A stretch of 32,000 nt of DNA from Aliivibrio fischeri ES114 (GTDB lineage: Bacteria; Pseudomonadota; Gammaproteobacteria; Enterobacterales; Vibrionaceae): the NCBI RefSeq assembly GCF_000011805.1, contig NC_006840.2; one strand, 5' to 3'. Shown here piece after piece: positions 1-9,609 of the stretch. The notes beneath the pieces were generated by a model. That model was not told where the DNA came from. It saw nothing but the letters and a program-made list of their open reading frames with translations, and made no database searches. Made by a program: the position numbers and the translations under genes. Numbering within the stretch: position 1 is the first letter of the stretch; each line of letters opens with the position of its first letter.

Positions 1-747
1 TGCGCCTTGAGGTAATGGTAGAGTCTTATCAAGCATATTAGTTGGGTGACCATTAATACGGTCGGCAAAACCTTGTTCTTTGGCATTTTTTAACGCCATT
101 TCGATTTGTTGTGGAAGGTCAATGATTGTTACTTCAACATCGTTATCGTAATTACAGCATTGTAGTGCCCATTTACCCGTGTTGCCGCCGATATCAAACA
201 AACGCTTTGGTTTTTGGCTTAATACTTTTTCTAATAAGATTGGGAACGAACGGTCAGAATAGAAGTGATCAAACTTAAACCAGCTCTCTTTGGCTTTTTC
301 TGGTAATCGAGACAAACCTTCATAAATCGTTGGCCAGTCACCTAACTCTTTTAAGCCGGCAGGTGTGCCTTCTTGAATTGCCTCTGTAAGATGCATCATA
401 GCGGCATAACAAACATCAGCTGTAAAGTCTAAGTTAGCGTTCGTCATCCCATCGTGTAATAAGAAGTGCCCAAGGTTCGCAAGAACATAGTTTGGTTTAT
501 TCCAAGTAACAATGTGCGCACTTAATGCCATATCAAGTAAGACTTTCACGCCATATTCAGATACACCCGTTTCTTGTGCTAATTGCTCAGCATCTAAACC
601 TTGATCTTGAGCTTTATCTAAAGCCGCTAGAATACCAAGATCTCTAAGCGTTCGAGCTGTATGAAAAACAATAGGAGCAAAAGAAAGTTTTTGAGCTTCT
701 GTTTTTGCTTCTAATGCGTTAAATGGGTCATTTTTATATTGAGTCAC
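1..747 (-). CDS. SAM-dependent (O-)methyltransferase; N-terminal 249 codons only, because the gene runs off the left edge
   Basis: Absent from the ORF track because no stop codon lies in the window. My own minus-strand translation from GTG at 747 stays open for all 249 codons to position 1: (M)TQYKNDPFNALEAKTEAQKLSFAPIVFHTARTLRDLGILAALD...SQKPKRLFDIGGNTGKWALQCCNYDNDVEVTIIDLPQQIE.... It has a glycine-rich SAM motif I (LFDIGGNTGKW) and an acidic motif II (IIDLP). An in-frame TGA about 35 nt upstream closes the frame. There is no ATG alternative and no clear SD, so the start is uncertain. Confidence 0.7.
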   Translation of the reverse strand, partial: MTQYKNDPFNALEAKTEAQKLSFAPIVFHTARTLRDLGILAALDKAQDQGLDAEQLAQETGVSEYGVKVLLDMALSAHIVTWNKPNYVLANLGHFLLHDGMTNANLDFTADVCYAAMMHLTEAIQEGTPAGLKELGDWPTIYEGLSRLPEKAKESWFKFDHFYSDRSFPILLEKVLSQKPKRLFDIGGNTGKWALQCCNYDNDVEVTIIDLPQQIEMALKNAKEQGFADRINGHPTNMLDKTLPLPQGA

Positions 748-782
748 AGAGATTAACCATAGTTGAAGATAATAAAATGATC

Positions 783-834
783 ATATCAGTGGTATTGAGT
801 GAAACTTTGTTCAAAAGCAAGAAACCACTGATAT
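783..834. repeat. Inverted repeat with 11-bp arms ATATCAGTGGT / ACCACTGATAT and a 30-nt spacer
   Basis: Perfect complementarity of 783-793 with 824-834, read directly from the sequence. It lies between the stop of the 851-1426 gene and the start of the methyltransferase gene, both on the minus strand. No U-run follows, so its function is unknown; it could be an intercistronic structure. Confidence 0.5.
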
Positions 835-850
835 ATAAGAGAGAATGATA

Positions 851-1426
851 TTAATCGATTATATTTGATACGGTATTACCGTTAAATTCGACTTTAAAAG
901 TATTAAATCTATTTTTCCAATATAACCAATGATCGCTATTTAAATTAGGTGTTCTATGTTCTGGTGGGAAGCCGATGGCATATTTTACGCCTTCTTTTGT
1001 CATGCCTTTCTTAACCACACCTTCTTTTATTCCCTGCTGATCAAGTGCACTTAGTTTTTCTACTTTTTCAGTATTACACTCAGTACCGAAATAGTTGCTT
1101 AAGTATTTTGCAAAATCAGGAGATGATTTGTGTTTATCTAAAATATATTCTCTGCCACTACTATCAATTTTAAATGTAAGACGTTTAGTACTAACGTTGA
1201 CAATATCAACTTGAGTACAGAGAGGGATTAATCCATCTTGTTGAAAATTAACAGAATAAAGTTTTGAGCGAGTGTCGTCAGGGTGAAGGTTAACAAGAGT
1301 ATAAACGGGTTTATTGGTAAGAAATAAATCGTCACCCGTATTTTTGTCAGTAAGAGTCATGACACTCGCGCAACCCGATAAAATTATTAAACCGGAAGTC
1401 GCTAATAATGGTTTTAAAAATGACAT
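851..1426 (-). CDS. Lipoprotein of unknown function with a BamE/SmpA-OmlA-like C-terminal segment
   Basis: The 191-aa ORF has an N-terminal signal with a lipobox (LIILSGC). The C-terminal GMTKEGVKYAIGFPPEH...WLYW resembles the SmpA/OmlA (BamE) fold signature. It is divergent from the APE operon. Confidence 0.7.
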   Translation of the reverse strand: MSFLKPLLATSGLIILSGCASVMTLTDKNTGDDLFLTNKPVYTLVNLHPDDTRSKLYSVNFQQDGLIPLCTQVDIVNVSTKRLTFKIDSSGREYILDKHKSSPDFAKYLSNYFGTECNTEKVEKLSALDQQGIKEGVVKKGMTKEGVKYAIGFPPEHRTPNLNSDHWLYWKNRFNTFKVEFNGNTVSNIID

Positions 1427-1555
1427 GGTAGTCCTTTAAATTTCGCTATATATATTTATTTACCGTATGACTCGCATTAATCTATTTGCGCCAAGTCACT
1501 GAATTCATATATCCTATACGAGTAGGCTAACAAATTGTAATATTTTTACGACTAG

Positions 1556-2284
1556 ATGGATATCATGACATACGCAAATTTTAATATTATCGATTGGCAC
1601 GCAATTTCTGCAGGTTTGGATAGCAAAAATGCGTGGTTAGAATGGCGTGAAAATAATTTCACTTGGCCTGAAAATGAAAAAGCGCCAGTTGATAAAATAC
1701 CAGCAATGGCTCGAAGAAGAATGAGCTCGTTAAGTAAATTAGCCGTGCAAACCGCATTAACATTAGCGGAAGAAAATGACATTGATTATTTGGTGTTCTC
1801 TAGTCAACATGGTGAGTTAACTCGAACTGTCGCTCTTTTAGAAGATATTTTGAATGGAGATGATGCTTCTCCAATGGCTTTTTCTCAATCGGTTCATAAT
1901 ACTGCCGCAGGTCTATTTACCATCACGGCCAAAAAAGCCATTCCAGTTACTTCTATCGCTGCTGGGGAAAATACCTTTCATTCTGCGGTTGTTGAAGCCG
2001 CTGCGTACTTAGCTGAAAATCAAAATAACAAAGTTCTCATTATCGACTTTGACGAGCCTTTACCTTCTCATTACCAAGAGTTTGAAAAACAAAACTATCA
2101 AGGCTATGCAGTTGGCTTAATAATGAGCGCTGGTGACATTTTTTCTCTTCAATGGAACAATAAACCTACAATTAAACCTTCTGGATTGCCTCATGGGTTG
2201 CAATGTATAGCTAACTTAGTAGGATCACACTCTCAATGGATAACGGAGAGTTCTTCAAAACAATGGGTATGGAATCGAAAATAG
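1556..2284 (+). CDS. Ketosynthase-like chain-length-factor protein lacking the catalytic Cys; first gene of the APE operon
   Basis: The segment SPMAFSQSVHNTAAGLFTITAKKAIPVTSIAAGENTF aligns with the FabB/F region SPF..n..aG...G..GP..si.tAC.SG. The active-site Cys position reads AAGEN here, versus STACSSS and SSACTSG in the two true KS genes of this operon. The product is only 242 aa. An alternative ATG start exists at 1565. Confidence 0.85.
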   Translation: MDIMTYANFNIIDWHAISAGLDSKNAWLEWRENNFTWPENEKAPVDKIPAMARRRMSSLSKLAVQTALTLAEENDIDYLVFSSQHGELTRTVALLEDILNGDDASPMAFSQSVHNTAAGLFTITAKKAIPVTSIAAGENTFHSAVVEAAAYLAENQNNKVLIIDFDEPLPSHYQEFEKQNYQGYAVGLIMSAGDIFSLQWNNKPTIKPSGLPHGLQCIANLVGSHSQWITESSSKQWVWNRK

Positions 2285-2288
2285 TCTT

Positions 2289-3086
2289 ATGACTTTACTT
2301 CAACGCACTGATAAATACTGGCGAATTTTAGCTACTGGGTTCTGTTTCTCTTTATTCGGAGTCGGTGCACTTTGCTTGACGTTTATTGTTTTTCCATTAC
2401 TTACATTTACTGTAAAAGATAAAAAACAACGAGAAGTTCGAGTGCAATCGATTATCCAACGTAGTTTTTTTATCTTTTGTAAAACAATGCACTATAGTCG
2501 TGCGATTAAGTATCAATTTGATGGTGCAGAGCTTCTTCAGAGTGACAGAAATTGCTTAATTGTCGCTAATCACCCAAGCTTAATAGATTATGTTTTAATT
2601 GCTTCACAATTGAAGCAATGCGATTGCATCGTAAAAGCAGCCTTATGGCATAATCCGTTTACACAAGGGATTGTCAGAGCTGCGGGGTACATTCCAAATC
2701 AAGAACCAGAAGCGTTTTTAGAAGAGTGTTCTGAAAAATTAAACTCAGGTAATGTATTGTTGGTTTTTCCTGAAGGAACGCGAACAACACCGGGTAAAAA
2801 ATCAAAACTTCAACGAGGTGCAGCGCAAATTGCGGTTCGTAGTCAAAGTGATATTCGTATTATTCATATCACAGTAACACCCAGCTTTTTAACTAAAGAA
2901 GCAAAGTGGTATCAAGTTCCTGATGTTCGCCCTTTCTTTCATTTACAAGTGAAAGAGAGAGTCGCCATCACTCCATTTATCGAAGACGCTGACTCTTCAT
3001 CTTCAGCGGCTCGAAATGTAAATCGATTTTTAGATACAGCTTTGTATCCACAAAATGAAGTCAACACATCAAAAGAAAATAAGTAG
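2289..3086 (+). CDS. PlsC/LPLAT-family (lysophospholipid-type) acyltransferase, membrane anchored
   Basis: Carries the H(X)4D motif NHPSLID and the FPEGTR motif. An N-terminal hydrophobic helix is present. The start is 5 nt after the upstream stop. Confidence 0.9.
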   Translation: MTLLQRTDKYWRILATGFCFSLFGVGALCLTFIVFPLLTFTVKDKKQREVRVQSIIQRSFFIFCKTMHYSRAIKYQFDGAELLQSDRNCLIVANHPSLIDYVLIASQLKQCDCIVKAALWHNPFTQGIVRAAGYIPNQEPEAFLEECSEKLNSGNVLLVFPEGTRTTPGKKSKLQRGAAQIAVRSQSDIRIIHITVTPSFLTKEAKWYQVPDVRPFFHLQVKERVAITPFIEDADSSSSAARNVNRFLDTALYPQNEVNTSKENK

Positions 3087-3093
3087 GCCATTG

Positions 3094-3351
3094 ATGGAAG
3101 TATTACACAACGAAATTAAACAATTAATTATTGACGCTCTTAACCTAGAAGATATCTCTGTTGATGATATTGAAACCGAGGCACCGCTATTTGGTGACGG
3201 CTTGGGCTTAGATTCTATCGATGCTCTAGAGTTAGGTTTAGCAATTAAGAAAAAGTACAACTTAGTGTTAGATGCTGACGATACTCAAACTCGTGAACAT
3301 TTTGCGTCAGTAGCAAACCTAGCCGCTTACATTAATGCAAACAAAGCGTAA
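3094..3351 (+). CDS. Acyl carrier protein (first of a tandem pair)
   Basis: The sequence LGLDSIDALELG contains the phosphopantetheine-attachment Ser, and the product is 85 aa from ATG 3094. The track ORF from 3055 overlaps the upstream gene; I chose the internal ATG, which comes just after the upstream TAG (3084-3086). Confidence 0.85.
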   Translation: MEVLHNEIKQLIIDALNLEDISVDDIETEAPLFGDGLGLDSIDALELGLAIKKKYNLVLDADDTQTREHFASVANLAAYINANKA

Positions 3352-3362
3352 GAGAGTAAATA

Positions 3363-3620
3363 ATGACAGACGTAAATAAAGAGCAAGTATTAGAGCAAGT
3401 AACTTCTGCATTAGTTGAACTGTTTGAAATTGATGAAGCAGATATTACCCCAGAAGCTCAGCTGTATACTGACCTTGATTTAGATAGTATCGATGCTGTC
3501 GATCTTGTTGTTCATTTGCAGAAAGTGACGGGTAAAAAAATCAAACCAGAAGAGTTCAAAGAAGTTCGTACTGTTGACGATGTAGTTAATTCTGTAGCTG
3601 CACTGTTAAAAGGCGAATAA
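3363..3620 (+). CDS. Acyl carrier protein (second of the tandem pair)
   Basis: 85 aa, with an acidic LDLDSIDAVDLV attachment motif. Confidence 0.9.
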   Translation: MTDVNKEQVLEQVTSALVELFEIDEADITPEAQLYTDLDLDSIDAVDLVVHLQKVTGKKIKPEEFKEVRTVDDVVNSVAALLKGE

Positions 3621-4180
3621 TGCGTTGGCTGACAGCGCTGTCAGCCATTGCACTCTTAGCATATCCGCTAGCGGTCTACTATGGTCTCCATTTTGGTGGA
3701 ATAAAGACAGTAGCAGGCGTACTAGCGGTGTTGTTTTTAGTGCGTATGGTCGGTGGTAAACAAGTACCGATAAAAGAACTCAAATACATCGCTATTATCA
3801 GTGGTGGAGCAGGGATAATTCTTGCTTCTCTTGGTTGGATATTCAAAACCGAAGGCTGGTTTACCTTCTATCCTGTAATAGTCAATGTCGTTATGTTCGT
3901 TATGTTTTTTTGGAGTTTATTTCAATCCCAAAGCATGATTGAACGTTTTGCTCGTCTACAAGAACCTGATTTACCTGAAAGTGGCGTTAAGTACACCAGA
4001 ACCGTAACTAAAATTTGGTGTGTATTTTTTATTATTAATGGCTCTATCTCTTTTTCTACCTGTTTCATGGATATGAAGATGTGGATGCTATACAACGGAT
4101 TTATTAGCTACTTGCTTATTGGAACTTTGTTCATAAGCGAATGGTTAGTGCGCCAATGGATAAGAAAAAAAGAAGTATGA
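3620..4180 (+). CDS. Integral membrane protein of the APE cluster; function unknown
   Basis: 186 aa with several hydrophobic helices. The start overlaps the ACP stop (TAATG), and the stop overlaps the next start (ATGA). Confidence 0.8.
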   Translation: MRWLTALSAIALLAYPLAVYYGLHFGGIKTVAGVLAVLFLVRMVGGKQVPIKELKYIAIISGGAGIILASLGWIFKTEGWFTFYPVIVNVVMFVMFFWSLFQSQSMIERFARLQEPDLPESGVKYTRTVTKIWCVFFIINGSISFSTCFMDMKMWMLYNGFISYLLIGTLFISEWLVRQWIRKKEV

Positions 4181-5544
4181 AAACAGTCTCTCTTTCGCAA
4201 TTAGTATTACAAGATAAAACAGACCACACGGTGTGTTTTGATGAGCAGCACTCATATATTTCTTATTCTCAATTTCAAAAAGACGTTCAGAAAGCGTGTG
4301 CCTTTTTTCAGCAGCAACCTCACACTAAGTGGGCATTGTGTTTTGATGACAGCTATTATTTTTCGGTTACTTTTCTTGCATTAGCCCATGCGGGTAAACA
4401 CCTTATTCTTCTAGGTAATCATCAACCAGCGGCATTGGCCGAATTATCTCAGCATTTTGATGCCTTAATTCATGATGACATTATTAAAGTGATGCCATGC
4501 AGTGAGCATGTTGCCTATCATGATATAAAAAGTGACCATTTAGCTACATTATCACCACTTCCTCTTCATGAGGTTGAGCTTACTTTATTTACTTCTGGCT
4601 CAACTGATACACCCAAGCCCATTGCTAAAAACCTTCAATTACTTGATAACGAAATTCAACAATTAGACTGTTTATGGGGTGAAAAACTCGGACAAAGTGA
4701 CATTTACAGCACCGTATCACACCAACATATCTATGGTTTATTATTTAGAGTGTTGTGGCCATTAACGGCTGGTCGTGCCTTTAGTCGCCATAACTTTATC
4801 TACCCAGAGCAGATTTTATCTCATCGACCAGATGATAAAAAAACGCTTATTTCTAGTCCCGCATTGCTTAAGCGCTTGGTTGATCACGAAGGGTACAATG
4901 GCTATCAGATGGTTTTCTCTTCCGGCGGACCTCTTGCTATTGAAGGGGCTGAGCAAAGTGAGAAAAAACTCTCACTGCGTCCATTTGAAGTTTATGGTAG
5001 TACAGAAACAGGTGGTATTGGCTACCGTCAGCAGTTTGAACCAAGCTCTTTATGGTGCTTCTTTCCTTCTCATCAAGCTCGTTTAAACATTGAACATTGC
5101 TTAGAATTGCTTTCTCCATTTATTGATGACGAAGAGTGGTACGCGACGAGCGATTACTGTGATTTGCTTGCTAATGGTCAGTTTGTTCTAAAAGGTCGCG
5201 TCGATCGCGTGATCAAAATTGAAGAAAAGCGCCTCTCTTTAACGGAAGTTGAAAAACGATTAATGCAGTTAGAGTGGATTAATGAAGCGGCAGTGATCCC
5301 GATGGAAGAAGAAAAACGCACCGTATTGGGCGCAGTGATTGTTCTATCAGAAGCAGGAACTAAACTAATGGAGCAGGGCTCTAAGGGTAAGTTTTGGTTG
5401 AGATTACGCTCAGAATTACGTGAATGGTTAGAGCCTGTTGGTATTCCTCGTCGTTTTAGAACTGTTAGTGAAATTCCATTAAATAGCCAAGGTAAACGTC
5501 AAATGCACGATTTAAAGCAGCTATTTAATGATGCGAATAATTAA
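4177..5544 (+). CDS. AMP-dependent synthetase/ligase (adenylating enzyme); likely the aryl-starter-activating acyl-ACP synthetase
   Basis: Contains the adenylation motifs LFTSGSTDTPKPI, YGSTETGG and GRVDRVIKIEEKRLSL. I place the start at ATG 4177, which forms an ATGA overlap with the upstream stop, rather than at the track start 4141. Confidence 0.85.
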   Translation: MKTVSLSQLVLQDKTDHTVCFDEQHSYISYSQFQKDVQKACAFFQQQPHTKWALCFDDSYYFSVTFLALAHAGKHLILLGNHQPAALAELSQHFDALIHDDIIKVMPCSEHVAYHDIKSDHLATLSPLPLHEVELTLFTSGSTDTPKPIAKNLQLLDNEIQQLDCLWGEKLGQSDIYSTVSHQHIYGLLFRVLWPLTAGRAFSRHNFIYPEQILSHRPDDKKTLISSPALLKRLVDHEGYNGYQMVFSSGGPLAIEGAEQSEKKLSLRPFEVYGSTETGGIGYRQQFEPSSLWCFFPSHQARLNIEHCLELLSPFIDDEEWYATSDYCDLLANGQFVLKGRVDRVIKIEEKRLSLTEVEKRLMQLEWINEAAVIPMEEEKRTVLGAVIVLSEAGTKLMEQGSKGKFWLRLRSELREWLEPVGIPRRFRTVSEIPLNSQGKRQMHDLKQLFNDANN

Positions 5545-5557
5545 AAAAGATTAGATT

Positions 5558-5932
5558 ATGATAAAACGTAAGCCAAGTATCCTTACAACAAAAGATATCT
5601 CAGTAAATGAAGCGCAACCAAGTGTGCTTATTTGTATGCGTGTGGATGATGATATCTTAGACTTCACCGGACACTTTCCAAATCATCCTTTGTTACCCGG
5701 TGTTACTCAAGTTGATTGGGCTATTCATTATGCGAAACATTACCTTAATGCGCATTCAAACTTTAAAGGAATGGAAGTACTTAAGTTTCAAGAACCTATT
5801 TTACCGAATATGGAAATAGAACTTGAGCTTAAATGGGATATTGAGAAGAGTAAGCTGTATTTTACTTACCGCTCAAATAAAGGCGATACGGTAAGCAATC
5901 ATGCTTCTGGTCGTATTGTGTTAGGAGCGTAA
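5558..5932 (+). CDS. FabZ/FabA-like hotdog dehydratase
   Basis: 124 aa, with the HFPNHPLLPGV active-site motif typical of beta-hydroxyacyl-ACP dehydratases. Confidence 0.85.
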   Translation: MIKRKPSILTTKDISVNEAQPSVLICMRVDDDILDFTGHFPNHPLLPGVTQVDWAIHYAKHYLNAHSNFKGMEVLKFQEPILPNMEIELELKWDIEKSKLYFTYRSNKGDTVSNHASGRIVLGA

Positions 5933-5934
5933 TC

Positions 5935-7626
5935 ATGACTAACTTTCGCCCTTGTTTTTTAATTCCTTGTTATAACCATGGTAAAACCATTCCTGCCGTT
6001 GTTGAATCATTGATGTCGTATGGTTATCCAATGATCATCGTTGATGATGGCAGTGAGAATGAAACAAAGCGTATTTTAGAAGAAGTAACTCAACATAATG
6101 AGTCAATTACCTTAATCACATTGGCTGAAAACCAAGGTAAAGGTGGGGCTGTGATTGCTGGTATCGAAAAAGCCTATCAGCAGAGTTACAGTCATGCGAT
6201 TCAAATTGATGCTGATGGTCAACATGATCTCGAAGCGCTACCTAAATTAATCGCTGAATCTCAAGAACACCCAACGGCACTGATTTCTGGACAGCCTATT
6301 TACGATGAGAGTGTACCTAAATCTCGTTTGTATGGTCGCTATGCTACGCATATTTGGGTGTGGATTGAGACACTTTCTTTTACCATTAAAGACAGTATGT
6401 GTGGTTTCCGCTCTTATCCTATCGGTCCAACGATTAACGTATTAGAGCGAGCGGTGCTTGGCCGACGAATGGATTTTGATACCGAAATCATGGTTCGTAT
6501 GTACTGGAATGAAACCGATATTCGCTTCATCAATACTCGTGTTATTTACCCAGAGGATGGCATTTCTCATTTTGATGCATTATGGGATAACGTGAAAATC
6601 AGTTGGATGCATACCAAATTATTTTTTGGCATGCTGCCTCGTATTCCGTCATTACTAAAACGTAAACCTGTTCAAGAAGATCATTGGTCGTCTCATGCTG
6701 AGCGCGGTACGATTTTAGGTATTCAATTTTTACTTTGGATCTATTCAACGTTTGGTCGCAAGGTATTTTCACTATTACTCAAACCAGTCATGGCTTATTA
6801 CTACCTACGTGGTGGTTCAGTCAAAGACGCTTCTGATGATTTCATTCAACAGGTAAATGCTTATGCTCGAATTAAAGGCATTCAATTACCTGAAAAGCTA
6901 ACCACTTATCGTCATTTGGTCTCTTTTGGTGAAACCATGTTAGATAAGCTTGCGGCATGGCGTGGTGATTTTTCAGATAAAAACTTAACGGTTCATGGTA
7001 TTGAGCATTATCAAACATTAGCTCAGCGTGAAAAAGGCATTGTATTATTGGGTTCTCATTTAGGAAATCTAGAACTATGTCGTGCGCTTAGCCGTCGTCA
7101 TACTCACCTGAAGATTAATGCGTTAGTTTTTACTGAGCATGCAGAGCGTTTTAATACGGTAATGAAAACCGTTAATCCGCAATCAGAAGTGAATGTTATT
7201 CAGGTGTCTAAAATAGGGCCAGATACCGCCATTTTATTGCAGCAAAAAATTGATGATGGTGAGTGGATTGTTATCGTTGGTGATAGAACGTCAGTCACTA
7301 AAGAGAATCGAGTGATTTGGGCTGATTTTCTTGGTAAGCCTGCGCCATTTCCTCAAGGGCCATTTATGTTGGCCTCTATTTTAAAGCAACCAGTATATTT
7401 AATGTTTGGGCTTCGTGACGATACACAAAAAGATCCGTTGTTTGATGTGTATTTAGAACCGTTTTCTGAACAAATCATATTACCTCGTGGTAAGCGAGAA
7501 GAGGCTTTGCAAGAAGTCGTACAAAATTATGCTCAACGTCTAGAGCATTTCACATTAAAAGCACCATCACAATGGTATAACTTTTTTAATTTTTGGCAGT
7601 TAACTGGAAAGAAAGATGACAACTAA
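5935..7626 (+). CDS. Fusion protein: N-terminal family-2 glycosyltransferase plus C-terminal LpxL/HtrB-like lipid acyltransferase
   Basis: The N-terminus has IPCYNHG...IIVDDGSENET and QIDADGQHD (GT2 DxD-type motifs). The C-terminal half has GSHLGNLE (an HX4E acyltransferase motif) and the overall LpxL-like length. Confidence 0.88.
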   Translation: MTNFRPCFLIPCYNHGKTIPAVVESLMSYGYPMIIVDDGSENETKRILEEVTQHNESITLITLAENQGKGGAVIAGIEKAYQQSYSHAIQIDADGQHDLEALPKLIAESQEHPTALISGQPIYDESVPKSRLYGRYATHIWVWIETLSFTIKDSMCGFRSYPIGPTINVLERAVLGRRMDFDTEIMVRMYWNETDIRFINTRVIYPEDGISHFDALWDNVKISWMHTKLFFGMLPRIPSLLKRKPVQEDHWSSHAERGTILGIQFLLWIYSTFGRKVFSLLLKPVMAYYYLRGGSVKDASDDFIQQVNAYARIKGIQLPEKLTTYRHLVSFGETMLDKLAAWRGDFSDKNLTVHGIEHYQTLAQREKGIVLLGSHLGNLELCRALSRRHTHLKINALVFTEHAERFNTVMKTVNPQSEVNVIQVSKIGPDTAILLQQKIDDGEWIVIVGDRTSVTKENRVIWADFLGKPAPFPQGPFMLASILKQPVYLMFGLRDDTQKDPLFDVYLEPFSEQIILPRGKREEALQEVVQNYAQRLEHFTLKAPSQWYNFFNFWQLTGKKDDN

Positions 7627-9151
7627 TTCAATTACATTTGGTAAAGGACGTCTGACAATTGAAGACGTTGTTGATATTGCAAATGGTGCAAATGCACAAC
7701 TTAATAATTCTGATGAATTCACTGCCAAAATTGACCGTGGTGTTGAGTTTTTAGAACGTTTATTAAAAGAAGAAGGCGTGATCTATGGTGTAACAACGGG
7801 TTATGGTGACTCTTGTACTGTAGCAATCCCAATGGATTTAGTGGATGAATTACCGCTGCATTTAACTCGTTTTCACGGTTGTGGTTTAGGCGAAAACTTA
7901 GATGAACAACAAGCACGTGCTGTATTAGCGACTCGCTTATGCTCTTTATCACAAGGGGTATCGGGTGTGACTCATGATCTGCTTAATCAAATCGTGACTC
8001 TAATTAATCACGGCGTATCTCCACGTATTCCTCAAGAAGGTTCTGTGGGTGCAAGTGGTGATTTAACGCCATTATCTTATCTTGCTGCTGCCCTTATTGG
8101 TGAGCGTGAAGTGATTTATAAAGGTGAAATCCGTGCAACTGCAGATGTATTTAAAGAGCTAAATATCACACCAATCAAGCTTAAACCAAAAGAAGGTTTG
8201 GCTTTAATGAATGGTACATCAGTGATGACAGCGTTAGCGTGTTTAGCATATAAGCGTGCTGAGTACTTAGCGCAAATGGCAACTAAGATCACCGCAATGG
8301 TATCGGTAGGGATGCAAGGTAATGACTTCCACTTTGATGAAGCGTTATTTGCGGTGAAACCACATCCAGGCCAACAACAAATTGCTGCTTGGTTACGTTC
8401 TGATTTACATAACGAAACACCACCAAGAAACAGTGATCGTCTGCAAGACCGTTACTCACTTCGTTGTGCTCCACATGTGATTGGTGTACTTCAAGATAGC
8501 CTACCGTTCTTGCGTCAAATGATTGAAAATGAATTAAACAGTGCGAACGATAACCCAATTATCGATGGTGATAATGAGCGTGTTCTTCACGGTGGTCATT
8601 TCTATGGTGGTCATATTGCAATGGCAATGGACATGCTAAAAACCGCAGTAGCAAATATTGCTGATTTATTAGATCGCCAAATGGCACAGCTAATGGATTA
8701 CAAATTCAATAACGGTTTACCATTTAACCTGACGGGGTCAACAGGGGCTCGTAAACCAATTAACCATGGCTTTAAAGCGGTTCAGATTGGTATTTCAGCA
8801 TGGACAGCAGAAGCGCTTAAAGGAACAATGCCTGCAAGTGTTTTCTCACGTTCAACAGAATGTCATAACCAAGATAAAGTGAGCATGGGTACGATTGCCT
8901 CTCGTGATTGTTTACGTGTTTTACAGTTAACAGAGCAAGTGACATCAGCTTCATTATTAGCGGCAACTCAAGCGTTAGTATTGCGTGAAAAGCAAGGTGA
9001 GCTTGATGATACTCAGTTAAGTAAAGAGCTTAAAACCATGCGTGATGCGGTATTAAGTGAATTTGCTTTTGTCGATGAAGACCGACCATTAGAGAACGAT
9101 TTACGTAACTTTATGGCGAAGATTCAGCAACAGCACTGGACACTATACTAA
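7616..9151 (+). CDS. Aromatic/histidine ammonia-lyase family enzyme (MIO-dependent; HAL/PAL/TAL)
   Basis: The motif GSVGASGDLTPLSYLA contains the Ala146-Ser147-Gly148 MIO-forming triad (nt 8051-8059). TTGYGD, NDNP and the 511-aa length are typical of the family. The start overlaps the upstream gene by 11 nt. Confidence 0.9.
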   Translation: MTTNSITFGKGRLTIEDVVDIANGANAQLNNSDEFTAKIDRGVEFLERLLKEEGVIYGVTTGYGDSCTVAIPMDLVDELPLHLTRFHGCGLGENLDEQQARAVLATRLCSLSQGVSGVTHDLLNQIVTLINHGVSPRIPQEGSVGASGDLTPLSYLAAALIGEREVIYKGEIRATADVFKELNITPIKLKPKEGLALMNGTSVMTALACLAYKRAEYLAQMATKITAMVSVGMQGNDFHFDEALFAVKPHPGQQQIAAWLRSDLHNETPPRNSDRLQDRYSLRCAPHVIGVLQDSLPFLRQMIENELNSANDNPIIDGDNERVLHGGHFYGGHIAMAMDMLKTAVANIADLLDRQMAQLMDYKFNNGLPFNLTGSTGARKPINHGFKAVQIGISAWTAEALKGTMPASVFSRSTECHNQDKVSMGTIASRDCLRVLQLTEQVTSASLLAATQALVLREKQGELDDTQLSKELKTMRDAVLSEFAFVDEDRPLENDLRNFMAKIQQQHWTLY

Positions 9152-9162
9152 GGTTAAATGTT

Positions 9163-9609
9163 GTGACTAATACAAATGAAGCTAAGCCAGTGAATGTATT
9201 AAGCGCAGAAGTGATGATCACAACCGCCTTTCAGGATGCGGATCCGATGGGAGTTGTGTATCACGGTAATTATTTCCGATTTTTTGAAAAAGCACGTCAT
9301 GAAATGCTTGAAAAAATCGGTTATAGCTACCGAGATATGATGGCGTCAGGCTATGTTTGGCCCATCATTGACACTCGTGTTAAGTACGTTAAATCCATTC
9401 CTTACGATCATAAGATCCGAGTGGAAGCGACACTAACGGAATGGGAAAACCGCATGCGTGTTGATTATGTTATCTATGATGCAGAAACCAACGTACGAAT
9501 GACTAAAGCCCATACAATGCAAGTAGCGGTAAGCATAGAAACTGAAGAAATGTGCTTTGTTTCTCCTCGTATATTTACCGATAAAGTAGAGGCTTATCAT
9601 AATGCTTAA
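9163..9609 (+). CDS. 4HBT/YbgC-type hotdog thioesterase
   Basis: Carries the signature DADPMGVVYHGNYFRFFE in a 148-aa product. GTG start at 9163, with AAGG 9-10 nt upstream. Confidence 0.82.
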   Translation: MTNTNEAKPVNVLSAEVMITTAFQDADPMGVVYHGNYFRFFEKARHEMLEKIGYSYRDMMASGYVWPIIDTRVKYVKSIPYDHKIRVEATLTEWENRMRVDYVIYDAETNVRMTKAHTMQVAVSIETEEMCFVSPRIFTDKVEAYHNA

